The notes beneath the pieces were generated by a model. It ran no database searches, was not told where the DNA came from, and saw only the letters and a program-made list of their open reading frames with translations. From positions 138,883-202,882 of the forward strand of contig NW_005434622.1 of the NCBI RefSeq assembly GCF_000315625.1: a DNA stretch of 64,000 bases. The letters are read 5' to 3'. Shown piece after piece: positions 1-13,413 of this stretch. The translations under genes and the position numbers were made by a program. Each line of letters opens with the position of its first letter. The stretch's first letter is position 1. Origin of the DNA: Guillardia theta CCMP2712. Taxonomy: Eukaryota > Protista > Cryptophyta.

Positions 1-2420
1 CCCCGGGATGCAAGAGAAGTTCACAAAGTGGCAGAAGTGCAGGTGCGGAGGGACACAGTACCGGGAGATAAGAAAGCTGGTTCTGCTCACTCGTTGCCCC
101 CAGAGCCACAGAAAGCCCGAAGAGTTTAAATGTTAAGGCAGAGTTCCCAGGTTTGGCCGAGATGTTGTCTCCGAGCCATTTTTGAACTTGTTACAGACCA
201 TGCAGTTGATGTACAAGAATGAAGGACGAAGAGATTCAGCGGCTGAGAGAAGAGGTTTTGCCCTCTCCTTCCGCTCTCGTCCTCTCTCTCTCTCCTCCTC
301 CTTTCCTCCACCCCCCCCCCCCCCTTCCCCCCCCCCTCCCGGTCCTGTTCTCTTCTCATCTCCATCCTCTGCCCTACAGTGCTGAAGTTTTCTTGACCAG
401 CTGGAGATCCTGCGCTCCGCCAACGAGAAGAGCATCGAGATGAGTGCGAGGGAGAAGCACCAGGTTCCGCTCCTCCTCCTTCACTCATCCAATGACGAGG
501 AGGCAGCTTGAGGATATGCTCATCACCTCAAGACGCAAGGAGCAGGAGCTGCAGGTTGCTCCTCCTCTTCGTGTTGCTCCTCCTCTGACGCCGGCGACGT
601 AGTACCAAGTCCAACAATGTGAAGCTCGAGCAGATGACCTAGTTGCGTCTGTTCGCTCCAAGCATGCTCAGGTTGCCAGGACGAGACTTCTTCGGCTGGA
701 TCCCAGCTGACGAGGTTGCAGATCTCACAGCTCGAAGAGAGGATTGTCCAGCTGAGCTGCGAGCTGCAAGAGGGTATCGCTGTGAAGGATGATGATTATC
801 GCTCCTGATCCTGAGACTCGCAGAAGCGTCCAAGAGAGAAGCCCTCACGAGGAACGAGCTCCCTGCGAAGGCGGAAGGAGGCGAGGAAGCATCAAGATCC
901 GATCCTAGCGACACATGGGAGGTGAGATGAGTGCTCTTGCTGGAGTGTCCTGGGATTGTTTGGAGTTGTGAGCTCTGCAAGTAGGCGGCACAGAAGGAGG
1001 AGACGGAGGCTGAGGTGAAGGAGTTGAAGCTTCGAGTTGAGGTGGGGAGCTGAATCCGGTTGAGTGCTTTCCTAACGCATATGCAAGTCTCTCCAAGCCG
1101 AGTGTTCCAACCTTGAAGCCATCAAGTTCCGGCTGGAGAAAGAGGTTCGATACTCTCCTTTGTCCTCTTCCTTTGTCCTCTTCCTTTGTCCTCTTCCTTT
1201 GTCCTCTTCCTTTGTCCTCTTGCTTCATCGTCCTCTTGCTTCATCGTCCTCGTGCTTCAAGTCCACTTGCCTTATCCTCGCTCGAAGTATGACGGACTGG
1301 CTCCAGCATTTTGAGTACAGAGAAAGGACGCACAGAGATCGAGCGAAAGTCTTCGACGAGATGAGGTCAATGACATTCAGCTTCGATTCTCCAATACTTC
1401 TGCTACCCATCTGTTTCTCTTCCCCCCTCCCTCACATCCCCTCCCTCTCTCGTGTTGCTCTGCCCCATCAGCAAGCTGTACTGTTGCCTTCCTCAACCAT
1501 TTCGCAGGTTGGCGTTCAAGGAGCTGAAGGCAAGGCAGCAGCGCATTGAGCTCTTTAAGAGGCTCATGAGCCTCCTAGAAAAGGTTGAGGAGGACGAGGA
1601 GGTGGTGGAGGAGAACGAGGAGGACGAGGAGGACGAGGAGGACGAGAAGGACGAGGAGACAGGATGAGGAGACAGGATGAAGAGACAGAATGACAAATGT
1701 TCCAGGACATGGAAGATCTCATCTCCTCACGCGATGAGACAGAGGAGGAGAAGGCGATGCATGAGCATCGGGTCAGCAAGACCAACGTGATCCGCAGCAG
1801 GCTCTCTCTGTCGCCGGATCCCTATGAGAAGGTTGGGAGGAGAGGAGGAGGAGGGTATGTGCAAGGGAAAGAAGATTTAGACTGCCTCAGGTGTGCCTGA
1901 TGCGAGAGCAAGGGGAGGAGGAGGAGACAGCAGCTGTGGTGGCAGACTTAACGCAAGGAGCCAAGCGACAAGCACCCAAGGGAGTGCTCAAGTCGTCTCG
2001 GTCATCTCCTTGTCTTTCGCTTCATCCTTCCCCTCACTCGCACTACAGCCCCGGTGTGGAGCGCGTGGAAGGACTGGAACCATCCACGGGTGGGCAAACC
2101 TCGACCAAGTGAGCACGAGCGATTTCTTTCCCTCTTTTCATTTGATCACACAGGCAAGAGGACAGAGCATGTGAGAAGCGAGTGATGTTCGCCATGGATG
2201 AGAGCGCCGTGCTGGAAGAGATTGCGGAGGAGGGAGATGCTTGTTCCCCGTTCGAAGCGTCAGAGCTTGACACTGTATCCTTGTGACATCGAGAGTGATA
2301 ATGTAACATACTTGTACTCCAAACTCTACTCACCAACCGCCTCTCCCTCTCCCCTCACATATGTGTACAACGCGTTCCTCCTTCAAGGAGCTGGAGCGAA
2401 CGTCCCGGCCTCATTGCTGA
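1..2420 (+). CDS. 3' part of a multi-exon coiled-coil protein of unknown function (5' truncated by window)
   Basis: Successive short Glu/Arg/Lys-rich exon-like segments bounded by gt..ag (LNLLQTMQLMYKNEG, MTDWLQHFEYRERTHRDRAK, LAFKELKARQQRIELFKRLMSLLEK, DMEDLISSRDETEEEKAMHEHR); no family motif recognised; end approximate. Confidence 0.4.
1158..1222. repeat. 13-bp tandem repeat (ctttgtcctcttc)n, intronic
   Basis: About 5 units visible. Confidence 0.8.
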
Positions 2421-2635
2421 GAGGGTTCAGCCGGCACTCCGGGTGCTCGGCATAGTCTGTGTCCTCCACCTTTGGAGTCCCCCACCCTCTCATGCCCTCG
2501 CATACTCCGCCAGGGATCCACAGCGACCCGAAGCCCAGGAGCCGATCGAGCATGGCGACCCTTGACCAGTAGGGGTATGTGTGGGGATGAGGATTCAAAA
2601 GTGTGAGCGGGGATGAGGGACACGGGAAGGGCACA

Positions 2636-3586
2636 ATGGCGGGGGACGACGTGATAGTGATTGACTCGGAGGAGAGCATGGGGGAGGGCGAGGGGAGGGA
2701 GGGAGGAAGTGGGAGGGGGAGAGAGTCGCGCGATGGCAAGAGCATGAGGGACAGGGAGAGGAACGAAGAGGGCGAGCAGGGGAAGACCAGATCAAAGGCC
2801 TTGAGGAATAGAAGGAGCAGCGGTAGATCGGAAAGTGCCTTTGCCAGGGCAGACCTTGCCTTCTCGTGCCCGATCTGTGGCCATGGCTTTCATGCCGAAA
2901 GGGAGGTCACGATGCACGTGGAATGGTGCGCGGCAAAGGAGGATCGGAAGAGCGAGGAGGGAGGGCAGGCTAAGCGACAGACTCCTGCCGAGCAAAGGGA
3001 TGGGAACGAAGAGAAGTCAACTGAGCAGTCAAGCGCCCGGAGAGAACTGAGTGAGATTAGGCCTTCTAGCCTGAATGCTGAGAAGGAGGGAAGAGCGAGA
3101 AAGGATGAGAGGTCTGGGGTCTCTCTCTCTGAAGCAGGTGGAGTCTTCGAGGGGAAGGATTACAAGGTCGAAAAGAACAAGTCGAGGATGGAGAAGCTGA
3201 AGCTGAAGAAGAGGAAGGGTGACAACAAAACTTCACTAGAGGATCCTCCTGACAAGTCCTCTCCTGCTGCACAAGAGTCGACCTTGCCTCACTTGAAAGT
3301 TACTTCCTTCTTCACCTCCGCCTGCCGCCAGGAGGTCGAGCGACAGGGAGAGAGCAGCGAAGAGCAGATATTGGAGAGGATGGCAGCGCAAGGATGCTAC
3401 AGAGTCCCTGATGAAGTGAGAGTGACTTGCATCAGGTCCGTCAAGGCGAAGATCAAACAATCCTCCTCCAGTTTCGCTCTCCCGGAGCAGCAAACCGGCA
3501 AGGCTGTACAGCTTCCAACTTTCACCAACTTCTGGGCAGAGCAGGTGCTGACAAGGAAGATCGTCTTTCACGAGTTCCCCAGGTGA
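2636..3586 (+). CDS. Disordered basic protein with a UBZ/Rad18-type C2HC zinc finger
   Basis: ORF 2603..3586 (ATG at 2636) contains FSCPICGHGFHAEREVTMHVEWC; SIM-like VIVIDSEE and NLS-like KLKKRK; aataaa at 3605. Confidence 0.55.
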   Translation: MAGDDVIVIDSEESMGEGEGREGGSGRGRESRDGKSMRDRERNEEGEQGKTRSKALRNRRSSGRSESAFARADLAFSCPICGHGFHAEREVTMHVEWCAAKEDRKSEEGGQAKRQTPAEQRDGNEEKSTEQSSARRELSEIRPSSLNAEKEGRARKDERSGVSLSEAGGVFEGKDYKVEKNKSRMEKLKLKKRKGDNKTSLEDPPDKSSPAAQESTLPHLKVTSFFTSACRQEVERQGESSEEQILERMAAQGCYRVPDEVRVTCIRSVKAKIKQSSSSFALPEQQTGKAVQLPTFTNFWAEQVLTRKIVFHEFPR

Positions 3587-3693
3587 GGCAGACGAAGCGT
3601 CAAGAATAAAACTTTGTTGAACTACTGAAGGAAGAGGAGGTGGGAGAGGGAGAAAAGGAGGAGGAGGAGGGGAGGAGAGGACAAGTAAACACG

Positions 3694-6673
3694 TTACTGC
3701 TTCCCTGATTCGATGATCTGGGAAAGGATGTGCAGCTGGTTCTTCTTGATAGCCTCCCTGCATGCAGATATCACTGCCATCTTGCTCGACCCTACGCGAA
3801 GCCTTGCAGCCTTCTGGATCATCTGCAGAAGCATGAGGACACGCCCGCTCGAGCTGACATTGGAGCATGAACCTGGTTGACCTTCTTGAGGCCGTCGAGC
3901 AGCTCCTGTTGGTTGTTGTATCTCTTCATGTGCTCGATCACCAGCTCGTTGTTCTGGTCCATCAGCTGCCTGTACTTCTTCTTCATCTCCGTGAAGTTTC
4001 CAAGCAGCCTGCGACACTCTCACTCCCCCTCATCGCCACCCTCGCATACTACCGGCAGTCCTCAGCTCGGACCACGAGCTCTTTCACCCTGCCGCTGAGC
4101 TCCGCCGACTCCGCAGCAAGCGAGAGCCTCGTCTCGTTGTGCCTCTCCACCACCTGAACGATGTCCTTGAACGACTCCATCTCCTGCCCAGTCGGTCAAG
4201 GCCAGTGAGGATGGCCGACCATCACCTGGGGGAAGTGCGCAGTCGATTCCAACTCGGCCAGGTTTGCAAACTCAGAGAAATCCTGCACGAGATCTCCTGC
4301 GGGCGACAAGTCAGACCAAGATGCACTGAGACGGCAAGTCCTGCCTGCGAGCTGCATGCTGTCCGTTCGGATCTTGATCTGCGGGCTCTTCAGTCGACCG
4401 ACAGGTGGGGCAACAGGCCGGGCGCACCTCCTGCTTGTTGACGCAGATCATGAGCAGCGAGTCGTCCCTGAGAGATCGGAAGCTGAACGTCAACTTGTCG
4501 CCCTTGAGCTTCTCAAACTGAACGTTGAAGCTGGAGTCCAGCCAGCTCTCGATCTGCTCACCAGCGATGGAGCTCAGGCAAGTTCGTTTCAATCACAGCC
4601 TATTGACCTTGGTGGCGTTCGGCCCTCCGTTGAAGGTGACGTGGCCTTGCGGCGAGTCTTTGGGAGTTTCTTGGTCGGCGGTCAGCGGAACGTACATGCT
4701 GAATCGAGGAAGTTTGTAGTCGAGCTCCTTGAGATAATACCTGAGCCGAGATCAAGAAAGCGAGAGGAAGAGGTTGAAACTCACACGCTGCTGTTCCTCA
4801 GGCCAACGAAGACTTTGAGAGCAAGTTCGGCAGCAATGTCCTCCTTCGGGGAGAGGGGAACTGAGATAGAGGGAGCTTGCTCTTTCGGACAAACGAAGTG
4901 AGATTCTCCTTCAAAAAGCTGCGAAGCGAGTCAGTGATAACGGAATCTGATGCGATACCAGAACAAAACCTGGTCTGCAAGTATGATCACTCCTCGAACT
5001 ACGCAAGAATTGTTTGTTGAGACTTGCAGGCAGAGCCGATTGTTCGTTTTGTCAACCTTGGCACAATTGATCACAGCAAGGGATTGAAACTCTGGACTCA
5101 CCTGCCACTCACAGTTGATGTCTGTGTCAATAGGAATCATTATCAGCTGCCCCTCGCCTTGTTTCATGCGGCCAGTCTGCAGATGTCTGAAGTTGTCCTC
5201 ATAGTTGCGAACTTCGCAGAGCAGCTCTTGTTTCGTCTGGTTCAGCTCGGCGAGCTTTCAAATGTGATCAGTGGTCGTTAAAGAGAGGCAAACCATCATG
5301 ATAGTTGCTTACAAGTCTTTCTTCTTCTTCTAAAACCGCTTCTTCTGTTCGCACGACGCCTGTACTCTGCAAGTATCCCCTTATCTCTCCGTCTGTTGAG
5401 ATTGCAATGATCTATTCTCTCAACCATCAACATGAAATGGTCAAGACATGCATGCAAGTACCTGCATTCGCCCATCCAGGCGAAGATCAGCTTTGAGCAC
5501 TGCGGCGATTCCGTCCTGAAAGTTGTCTTTGGCAATCACCTCTCCGTTTGAACTCTTGCGAGCTTCCAATTTCCCGTTCTCCCATCTACTCATGAGTAAG
5601 TTCAGAGAGATCATGTGTCAAGATCGCTTGAACAACATGTAGGACCTACCCAATAATAACCTCCTGGGCCCCGTCCCCATTGATATCGAAGACATTTAGC
5701 GCAACAATCTTCGATGGCAAGTCACACTGAACATGGTCCAAACAGTGAGAGGTACCTTATGTTTCGACTTTACCCTCCACTTCAAGGTCATGTCTCCCTG
5801 GCTCCATTCGTAGACTCCAACTGTCCCATTCGCTAACCCAAACGCAAACCTCCGATCTGAGATGTAGCACAGCGCGGTGACCTGAGTTCCAATCATACAT
5901 GACCGGTGATAACAGGCACTTTGTACCTTGTCTGTCTGTTTGCTTTCAAGCATGACTTCTCCATCATCCAAAAAAACTCGTATTTCATTGTCATCACTTC
6001 CTGAGATGATCTCGTTCTTTCCGTCCCCGTTGATATCACACACCTTGGAGGGGAATCAATCTTCAACCATGGCACAGCACGTAAAACCTCCAAGGCTCCG
6101 ACCCAGTCACCTGCTACAGTCCAATACTTCTCCTCGCCCTGTTCGGAATCAGCTCAGACCCGTCCATCTCCCCTCGCCCTCCATCACACCTCGTGATTGT
6201 ATCCTTCAATCGAACAGTTGCCCCCGATGAAGCACAGCTTTTCTTCAACGCTCTTGATGTTTGCTGAGCACAAAGAGCTTACACCATTGGGAACTTCCCT
6301 GCATGGAACGGATTCAGCAAGAGGCGAGATGTGGCAGAGACAGGTTTTGGACTAACTTGAGGAAAACATCCTTGTTTTCTTCTACATCATAGGCCAATAC
6401 ATGTGATGGCGATCCCACCAATAAGATGTCACAGGAATTGTCCGGTATGAGTTTGGAGGTCGTTATCGACTTCAATTGCCTGTTGATGTTGAGGAACCTT
6501 CTCTCCACGCGTTTGTCTTCAGCATGTGTATGAGGGCTGAAAATAACGACTCGATGTCCCGTAGTACCGCATGCTAACGCTGGATTCTTGCCATCAAATT
6601 TACCAACAGCCGCCAACCTTGGGAGAACAGGGGACCCGATAGAAAGCTTATACGATGGTTGAAGGGTTGCCAT
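3694..6673 (-). CDS. BBS2: Bardet-Biedl syndrome 2 protein (BBSome subunit), multi-exon
   Basis: N-term VGKFDGKNPALACGTTGHRVVIFSPH...LLVGSPSHVLAYDVEENKDVF; mid DINGDGKNEIISGSDDNEIRVF and FAFGLANGTVGVY...WRVKSKH; C-term IQKAARLRVGSSKMAVISACREAIKKN. Confidence 0.93.
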
Positions 6674-7258
6674 GCTCTCGAACGCTTGCAACCTCAGGTT
6701 GTAGGTAGCTCTTGATCAGACCTGTATCCTCTTGCGAACCCCCTCTCCTCGTTGTAAGCTCACTTGTCTTGTCACTCGACGAGATCCTTTTTCTCCCTGC
6801 TATGAACTCCTTCCCTTCCCTCTCTGTCCTGCCTCCCCCGCTTCAGTTCCGCATCTTTTCGCTTCGTCCCGTCCAATGCTCGCCATTCCCCTCAAGCCCC
6901 TCAGTTTTTTGCCCCTCATAGAGATATCCTGGCGATTTAGTTCAAAAATCGCAGTAGGTTGGTAGTAGGTAATTTACCCTAAACCTAAGTTTCTTTTTTG
7001 GCTCAGGGCCAGCCTCAGGGCCAGCTCTGGGGCCAGCCCGGGTGGCACGGGGATTGAGGGGGATGTGGGTGAAGTAGGTCCGCAGTTCAAATGGATAAAG
7101 GGACCCCTCTTTTTACAGGCTTTAGTACCGGTGGAAGACATGGGGACACAAGTTGTGATCAGGAGGTTTGTCTTGCCGCTTTGCTGCCATGAGCTGCGGG
7201 AGTAGGAGGGTGAGGGAGGGGTAGAGGAGGAGGGCGCTAACCACTGTGACATCCTCCC

Positions 7259-10200
7259 ATGGCACGCGCAATGATGATTCCCATCTTTGTGCTGCTCCAT
7301 CTCTTGTTTCTCAACTTGGATGGATGTTTTGGAGCGCTTGCTGACTTGCATTTGATTCCCTTACAACACAATCAAGAAACCATCTTTTCTAGATTCCTTG
7401 AATATGATGTTACAAGAGTCACATCCAAGGGCATTGTAACATCCGCAGAGAAACATCACTTCATGATACGAGATGTGAAGCGGATCAACATTCAGAGTGC
7501 TGCAAACTTAATACTGTCACGAACTGCTATACAGTCAAACTCAGGTTTGTCATTTGCATATGCATGAGCTGTTGGAGATTGACTCTTGTTTGCTTCAGGT
7601 TCAAACCTTGGATTGAATGTGTCCATGTCGGGTGACATCATTTCATTGTCGTTTGGCGGTCAAGCAATATACAGCTTCTATGGCAATTATGGCAGTCAGT
7701 TCTATGTACCACAAAACAGTCTCTATTACTACTCCTTTGCTGCCCTGGATCCCCCGACCACTGTGGTCTCATCAGAAATGGTTTGCTTCTCACTTAAAAG
7801 TCAAATCAAGTGTTACGTCCTCGGTCAGTACGTGTGGAACGATGTTGCGTTGTACAGCCCCTGCTCCAAGGTTCAGTGCACAGCAGGGAATCCCATGTCC
7901 CTGTGGAGGTCAGCGATAGCATACAGCGGTACCACGCCGACGGGACGGCGCTATGTCCAGGTATCAGCAGCTAAGAGCTCCCAAGGATCGTACTCCATGT
8001 CTTGTCTCGGAGGTTGTGGATATTCCACAGACGTCATGACAAGCTCGGACCCTACCTTCGGGACGTCTGTCGCCCTCTCTGAGAACTTTCTTGCTATCGG
8101 TTGCCCCGGGAACAACTACGTGCGAGTGCTGAAAGCGAGTGGAGCTGATTTGTCCGCAGATCCTTACAGCCCGTTCACTGGTTGGACTTTGTTTAACACC
8201 TTTTACGGAAATCCGGATCAAAACTTTGGTCAACAGATGTCAATAAGCAGCAACTTTCTCATCGTTGGAGCTCCTGCAACGTCCTGTACCAGTGGGATGG
8301 TTGCAGTGTATAGAGTGGATGGATCGACAAACGTCTCGAAATTCTGTGAGATTACAGACTCGAACATCGGCAGTCTGTTTGGGTTCTCAATCGCGCAAAT
8401 CTCGTACGGAAACCTTACTTTTGCTGTTATCGGTGCTCCTGGAGAGAACATGGCTTATGTCCTTGCACTAAGACATTCTCCGTACCTGTGCGAGGTTCGA
8501 AACTCCTTGGCCCCGGTCAGCGGCACTGTGTTTCCAGGAGATCAATTCGGCTACTCAGTTGCCATCAACAGGCAGTCCATCTTTGTTGGAGTTCCTTACT
8601 ACAGCACCCCAGATATCTCAGGGTTGCTGTATGTTTTCACCTACTGCTCGCCAGGTTATGTGGCTGCTTCCTCCTCTTCTTGCACTCCCTGCTCTACAGG
8701 TCAAACGTCCGACGGCGGGGTGTCGCGTTGTGTCCCGTGTAACGTCTCAATACCTCAACATGCTTCTTGTTCCCCAGGCTGCAGCCCCTCGTGTGAATGT
8801 AATGCTGGGTACTTTGGAGATCGGTGCTTGCCATGCTCGCAGTACGCTCTCAGTGCAGGGCATACAAAGCCTCTCAATTCCTCTTGGATTGACCAGCAGG
8901 CAACCTGCACTTGGAAATGCGACATGGGGTTTCAGAAGACGAACGATACTTGCCTTGCTTGTCCGAACACTGATCAGTTTGACCGACTGCTACACGTGGA
9001 GTGGATACCCGGAACCTGCTCATGGCGGTGCAAGGCCACCTACTTCAGAGTCAATCAAAGTGGGATTGAAACGAACTGTACCTTGTGCTCGCAGTACAAG
9101 GCTGCTCTAGGTCAGCAACCCCCTGCCAATGCGGAATGGCTGGATCGCTTCAACGAATGCAAGTATGTTCCGCTCCCTGGATACTCATGTCAGTCAGATC
9201 AAAATTGTTTGGCATGTAATGTTTCAAAACCAAACAATTCTCACTGGCTCACTGTGAATGATCGCTACTCCTCTCCGAGCCAGTCAGTCACCATAACTTC
9301 TCTTTGTGAATTCGCTTGCGACCAAACCTTCTTTATCGCTCCGACTTCGCCGCCCACCTGCGTACCATGTGACGTCTACATGAGCAATTTCAGCGATGCG
9401 ACTTTGCCCGCCCATGGCCTCTGGCAGGCTTCTACTGCCGTCTGCACCAGTGACTCGTGGATGTGCACGGCAGGTTACAGCCGCAGCAACACAAGCCGCT
9501 ACTGCTGTCCGAACGCCGTCAACCATTCCGTAGTGAACCAGAGCTATGCTCCCTGCGGCGTCTCTTGCGAGTATGGGTATCGATGGAGCAACGAGCTGGC
9601 TTCATGTCTCCAGTGCAATACCAACATGACGGAGGGAACATTCAGATGGTTGTTGGATTGCGACTTCGAATGCTTCTGCAATGATACTGTTTGCTATCAT
9701 GGCAAAGAGACTCTCGGTGCATGTTACACCTGCCAGGAGTATTCACAAAAGGTCGGATGGGTTCCTCCACTGTACGGGGAGTATCCAGTGTATTCCAAGA
9801 CTTGTCGCGTTGATGATTGGCAGTGCAAGAATGACACTTTCAGCAAGTCGCTGGTGGCTACGCCTCCTGGATGCTGCCTGAAGTCGACTCCCAACGCCGT
9901 AGCGAATCTTTCCAGCCCAGCCACGTGCAACTTGGATTGTGAGCCCGGGTACAGGTGGGATCCTACCAGGAAGCAATGCTTCTACTGTGGGATTCCCTTC
10001 CCACGATCTGCGCACATGCTCTGGTCGTCGTTGACCTGCAAATGGATATGTGAGCCTGCGTTTATGCAAGTCTTTAACTCTTCCTCTATCCAATCTGAAG
10101 AATTTCAATGTCTCAATTGTCCGACCTATGCAGCTTTCAATTCCTGGCAGCTACCTAGCCTCGCGTATTGGGTCAACTCAACCACACTGGAGCAGCAAGG

Positions 10201-13062
10201 TGCCATCTGCTCGACAAATGCTTGGCAGTGTGCTGATGGCTACCTCAAGAATGCCCCGGCGAAACTTTGCTGTCAGAATCTGAGTTTCCCATTCAATGCT
10301 GGTAAATTTAGCACAACGAGTTGTGACTGGATTTGCAATGTGGGGTTGTTCCCGAAAAATCGTATAGGAGAGACAAGTACTTGCTCACTGTGTTCATGCA
10401 CATGTGAACAATACCTTGCATCTTTCGGGATTGAATCTCCATGCCAAACTTGCTCTGCTGCTTTCAGCAAAGCGTCAGGTTGGTGTAGCAGCGTTGGATT
10501 TAGCTCTGCCCCGTCGGCCTGTACCGTTTCAATCAAGGGTTTTTTCATGATCAAGGGAATAAGCTTACAGAGCTTCTTCGCTGCGTCTGTCGTGAAAAGT
10601 ACCCTTGCTGCATTAGGAGGTATTCTTCTGTTCCTTACACATCAGACACTGACCTCTCCTCAAAGCTATCATCAACCCAAAAATTGTTCCCGTTGTAGCA
10701 AGCGCAACACAAGCAGCTCAAACCAGGCGTTCAACTGCCGATTCCGTCTCCTTAAGCGTGATCTATCAAAACGTCGATCCTACGATAAGCAGCTTCCTCT
10801 TAAGTCAGATCGACAATTACGCAAGCAGAGCCATTGAGAGCGCGTTATCTTCAAACGGATATAGCGTGCAGGTTGCGAACTTGTTATGTCTCGAGCATTC
10901 AAATCATGATCAGTTTCTGCACGGGCAGGTAACTCTCGCTCAGCAACCCACGCGGTTCATTTCCGGTGCTTCTGTCTCGTGCAGGTTGAGGTTCTCTTGG
11001 AAGTGAATCATCTGAACACGATTTGAACAGTGTTGGATATACTTACAACCCCGAGACCGGAATCTGCTGCCCCTCATCAAAATTTCGAAGTCCACCAAAT
11101 GTAAGGATATCAAGTGCATGACCTTCTGCGCTTTGACGCTGATAGCAGGGGAGTTACGTCTGGTCAACCGATGGATGTACTTGGAGCTGTCAGCCATACT
11201 ACTTTGTAATCATTTCTGTGCTTCTTACGCCGAAAATGATTGTTTGCGATTTGACAGGGAGATAAATGTGTGACGTCAGTGCCAAACACTTGTTGACAAC
11301 CGACAATTATCACAATCCTTTGCAGATGTGAACAATCACGGGCGGGATCGTACAAGCCGCAGTACGCATATTGGGACAATAATAGTCCAACGTAATTCAT
11401 TGTTCTTGATGCAATATCTTGTGCAAAAAGATTGCTCTGAACAGTGTCATCAGATGTGACCAATGGAAATGCATTCAAGGCTACGTTGTCTCGCAAACTG
11501 GGACAACATGTCTCTCACTCGCAGATATGACTGCAAAGTGTTCCGGATACTTCAACTGCGCGGGATGCACAAATGATGCTCATTGCGTGTGGTGTTCGGA
11601 CAAGTGTGTGCCGGGTCAGGTGCTTACAAGCTCGGCTGTACCTCGTACCACCCCTGACTTGTCGAGACAGGGCAACCTTGCAGGCAAGGGCTGCACGTAC
11701 AATGACACGACGATCTCGACGAACTGCACCTGTGAGAAAGTCACCTGCACATACGAGGTAAGTCTTCAAAGAGCTGACTGACTCACCCCCATCTCACTTC
11801 TTCCCGTCCCAGTGCAAGCACACCTCGTGCGGCTCCTGCGTCAATGACAACTTCTGCGGCTGGTGCTCGTCCAGTAGCCAGTGAGACTCTCAGTGAGACC
11901 ACGTCTGCCGCCAGCTGAGTCGCCCAGGTGCATGCCAGGAGACTACTTCTCTCCCAACGCTGGCCTTGGAGCTTGTCCGGTCGGGTGGAGTGTGGGGGCA
12001 TTTGCCAACTGCCCTCAGAACAACAACATCTGGTTGGTCGGCATCATCTGCGCCGCCGTAAGATCTTGACTCGGGTGTTGAAGTCGAATCTCACGAGCTC
12101 TTGCAGATCAGCACCTTCCTCATCGTGATCTTGTGCATTCACTTCATCCTCCGCATCCGAGCCGCTTCCAACCGGCGGCCCCGCTTGATGTTCTTCCAGT
12201 ACGGCGATCAGTCTGGTGGCCTCGTGGTACTCCACGAAGTTGACGATCGAGTCTCTTCACGTTGAGTGTGTTGATCGCAGGCGCGGGAGCAAGTTCAACG
12301 CTTCCTTGACACCTTCCCTACGTTCAAGTTCGATGTGAGGAGCTGCTGACTCGCTGATCATGGTGACATGCTCATGACTTGCTCCTCGCAGGAGAACAAG
12401 CTTCCCCCGTCTTTCTCAGCTTCACGATCATCCGAGGCAGAAGGTCAGACAGAAGGTCAGACAGACGGCCAGGACGAGGAGGACAACCGACCGACATGCT
12501 CGATATGCCTTGGCAACTTCTTCACCGGAGAAGACTGTCGCATGCTGCCTTGCCTACACGTCTTTCACAAGAACTGCATCGACCAGTGGCTCTCGATGAG
12601 GTGAGCGAAGGAACTGAATTGCTCGATTGACTGTTCGGCTCTCAGTCAAGAATGCCCCTTGTGCAAACGCTCCGTCATCAGCATGGCCAGCGAGGGGGTA
12701 GGAGCTGTTGTTTCCAATCTATGAGTCACATCTCTTTGTTGGTAGGAAAACTCGACAGCAAGCGCTTACCTGGTGCTTTTGCAGCAACACCAACAAAACC
12801 AACGTCAGCAGGATCAGAATGCAAGTCTAGGACAACCTCATGAGAGCCAGGAGCCGGCGGGGCATCAGAACGAGCCGGGGGGTCATCAGCACGAACAGCA
12901 GGCTCGCGCTCCGACAGCAACAGCGGCTGTACCATTTGACGACAGTAGAGTCGAGGGGATCGTCGATCAGTGCAGGTGAGAAAGAGTGACTTGCTTCCAT
13001 CTTGTGACCTGCATGTCAGAGATGAGGGTGATAGCGAAGGGTCTGTGGACGCTGTTGTATGA
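7259..13062 (+). CDS. Receptor-like transmembrane RING-H2 E3 ligase, paralog A (signal peptide, FG-GAP repeats, Cys-rich repeats, PSI domains, TM, RING-H2)
   Basis: Signal peptide [25 protein letters not shown]; intron 7545-7598; ~3 kb exon with FG-GAP motifs ([34 protein letters not shown]) and CxWxCxxG[YF] repeats; PSI-like [20 protein letters not shown]; [24 protein letters not shown]; RING-H2 [28 protein letters not shown]; stop TGA 13060-13062. Confidence 0.8.
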
Positions 13063-13268
13063 TGTATGTGAACCCTTTTGAGGAGAGGCCGATCTGCCAT
13101 TTTAAGTTAGAAGCGTGAGAGAATCGTCTGTAAAACTAGTTTAACAGTACAATATTGTTGCCCGATGCAGCAGGCTGCACGCTTGGATTCGACTAGAAGT
13201 CGTCACCCTCTCAGTGCGCGGAAGATCGGCAGGCTGCCGGGCAGTGTCACGAGTCACCCAACGCGCGG

Positions 13269-13390
13269 CCACGGATAGTCTCACGGATAGTCCCACGGAT
13301 AGTCCCACGGATAGTCCCACGGATAGTCCCACGGATAGTCCCACGGATAGTCCCACGGATAGTCCCACGGATAGTCCCACGGATAGTCCC
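13269..13390. repeat. 12-bp minisatellite (ccacggatagtc) x10
   Basis: 10 near-perfect tandem units just upstream of the ATG at 13414. Confidence 0.95.
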
Positions 13391-13413
13391 CGATTTGGCA
13401 TGGATTGACAAGC

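Noticed and set aside
13269-13390. CRISPR-like array or YPWD/TDSP repeat proteins
   Set aside because: Head-to-tail units without spacers; the ORFs are by-products of the repeat
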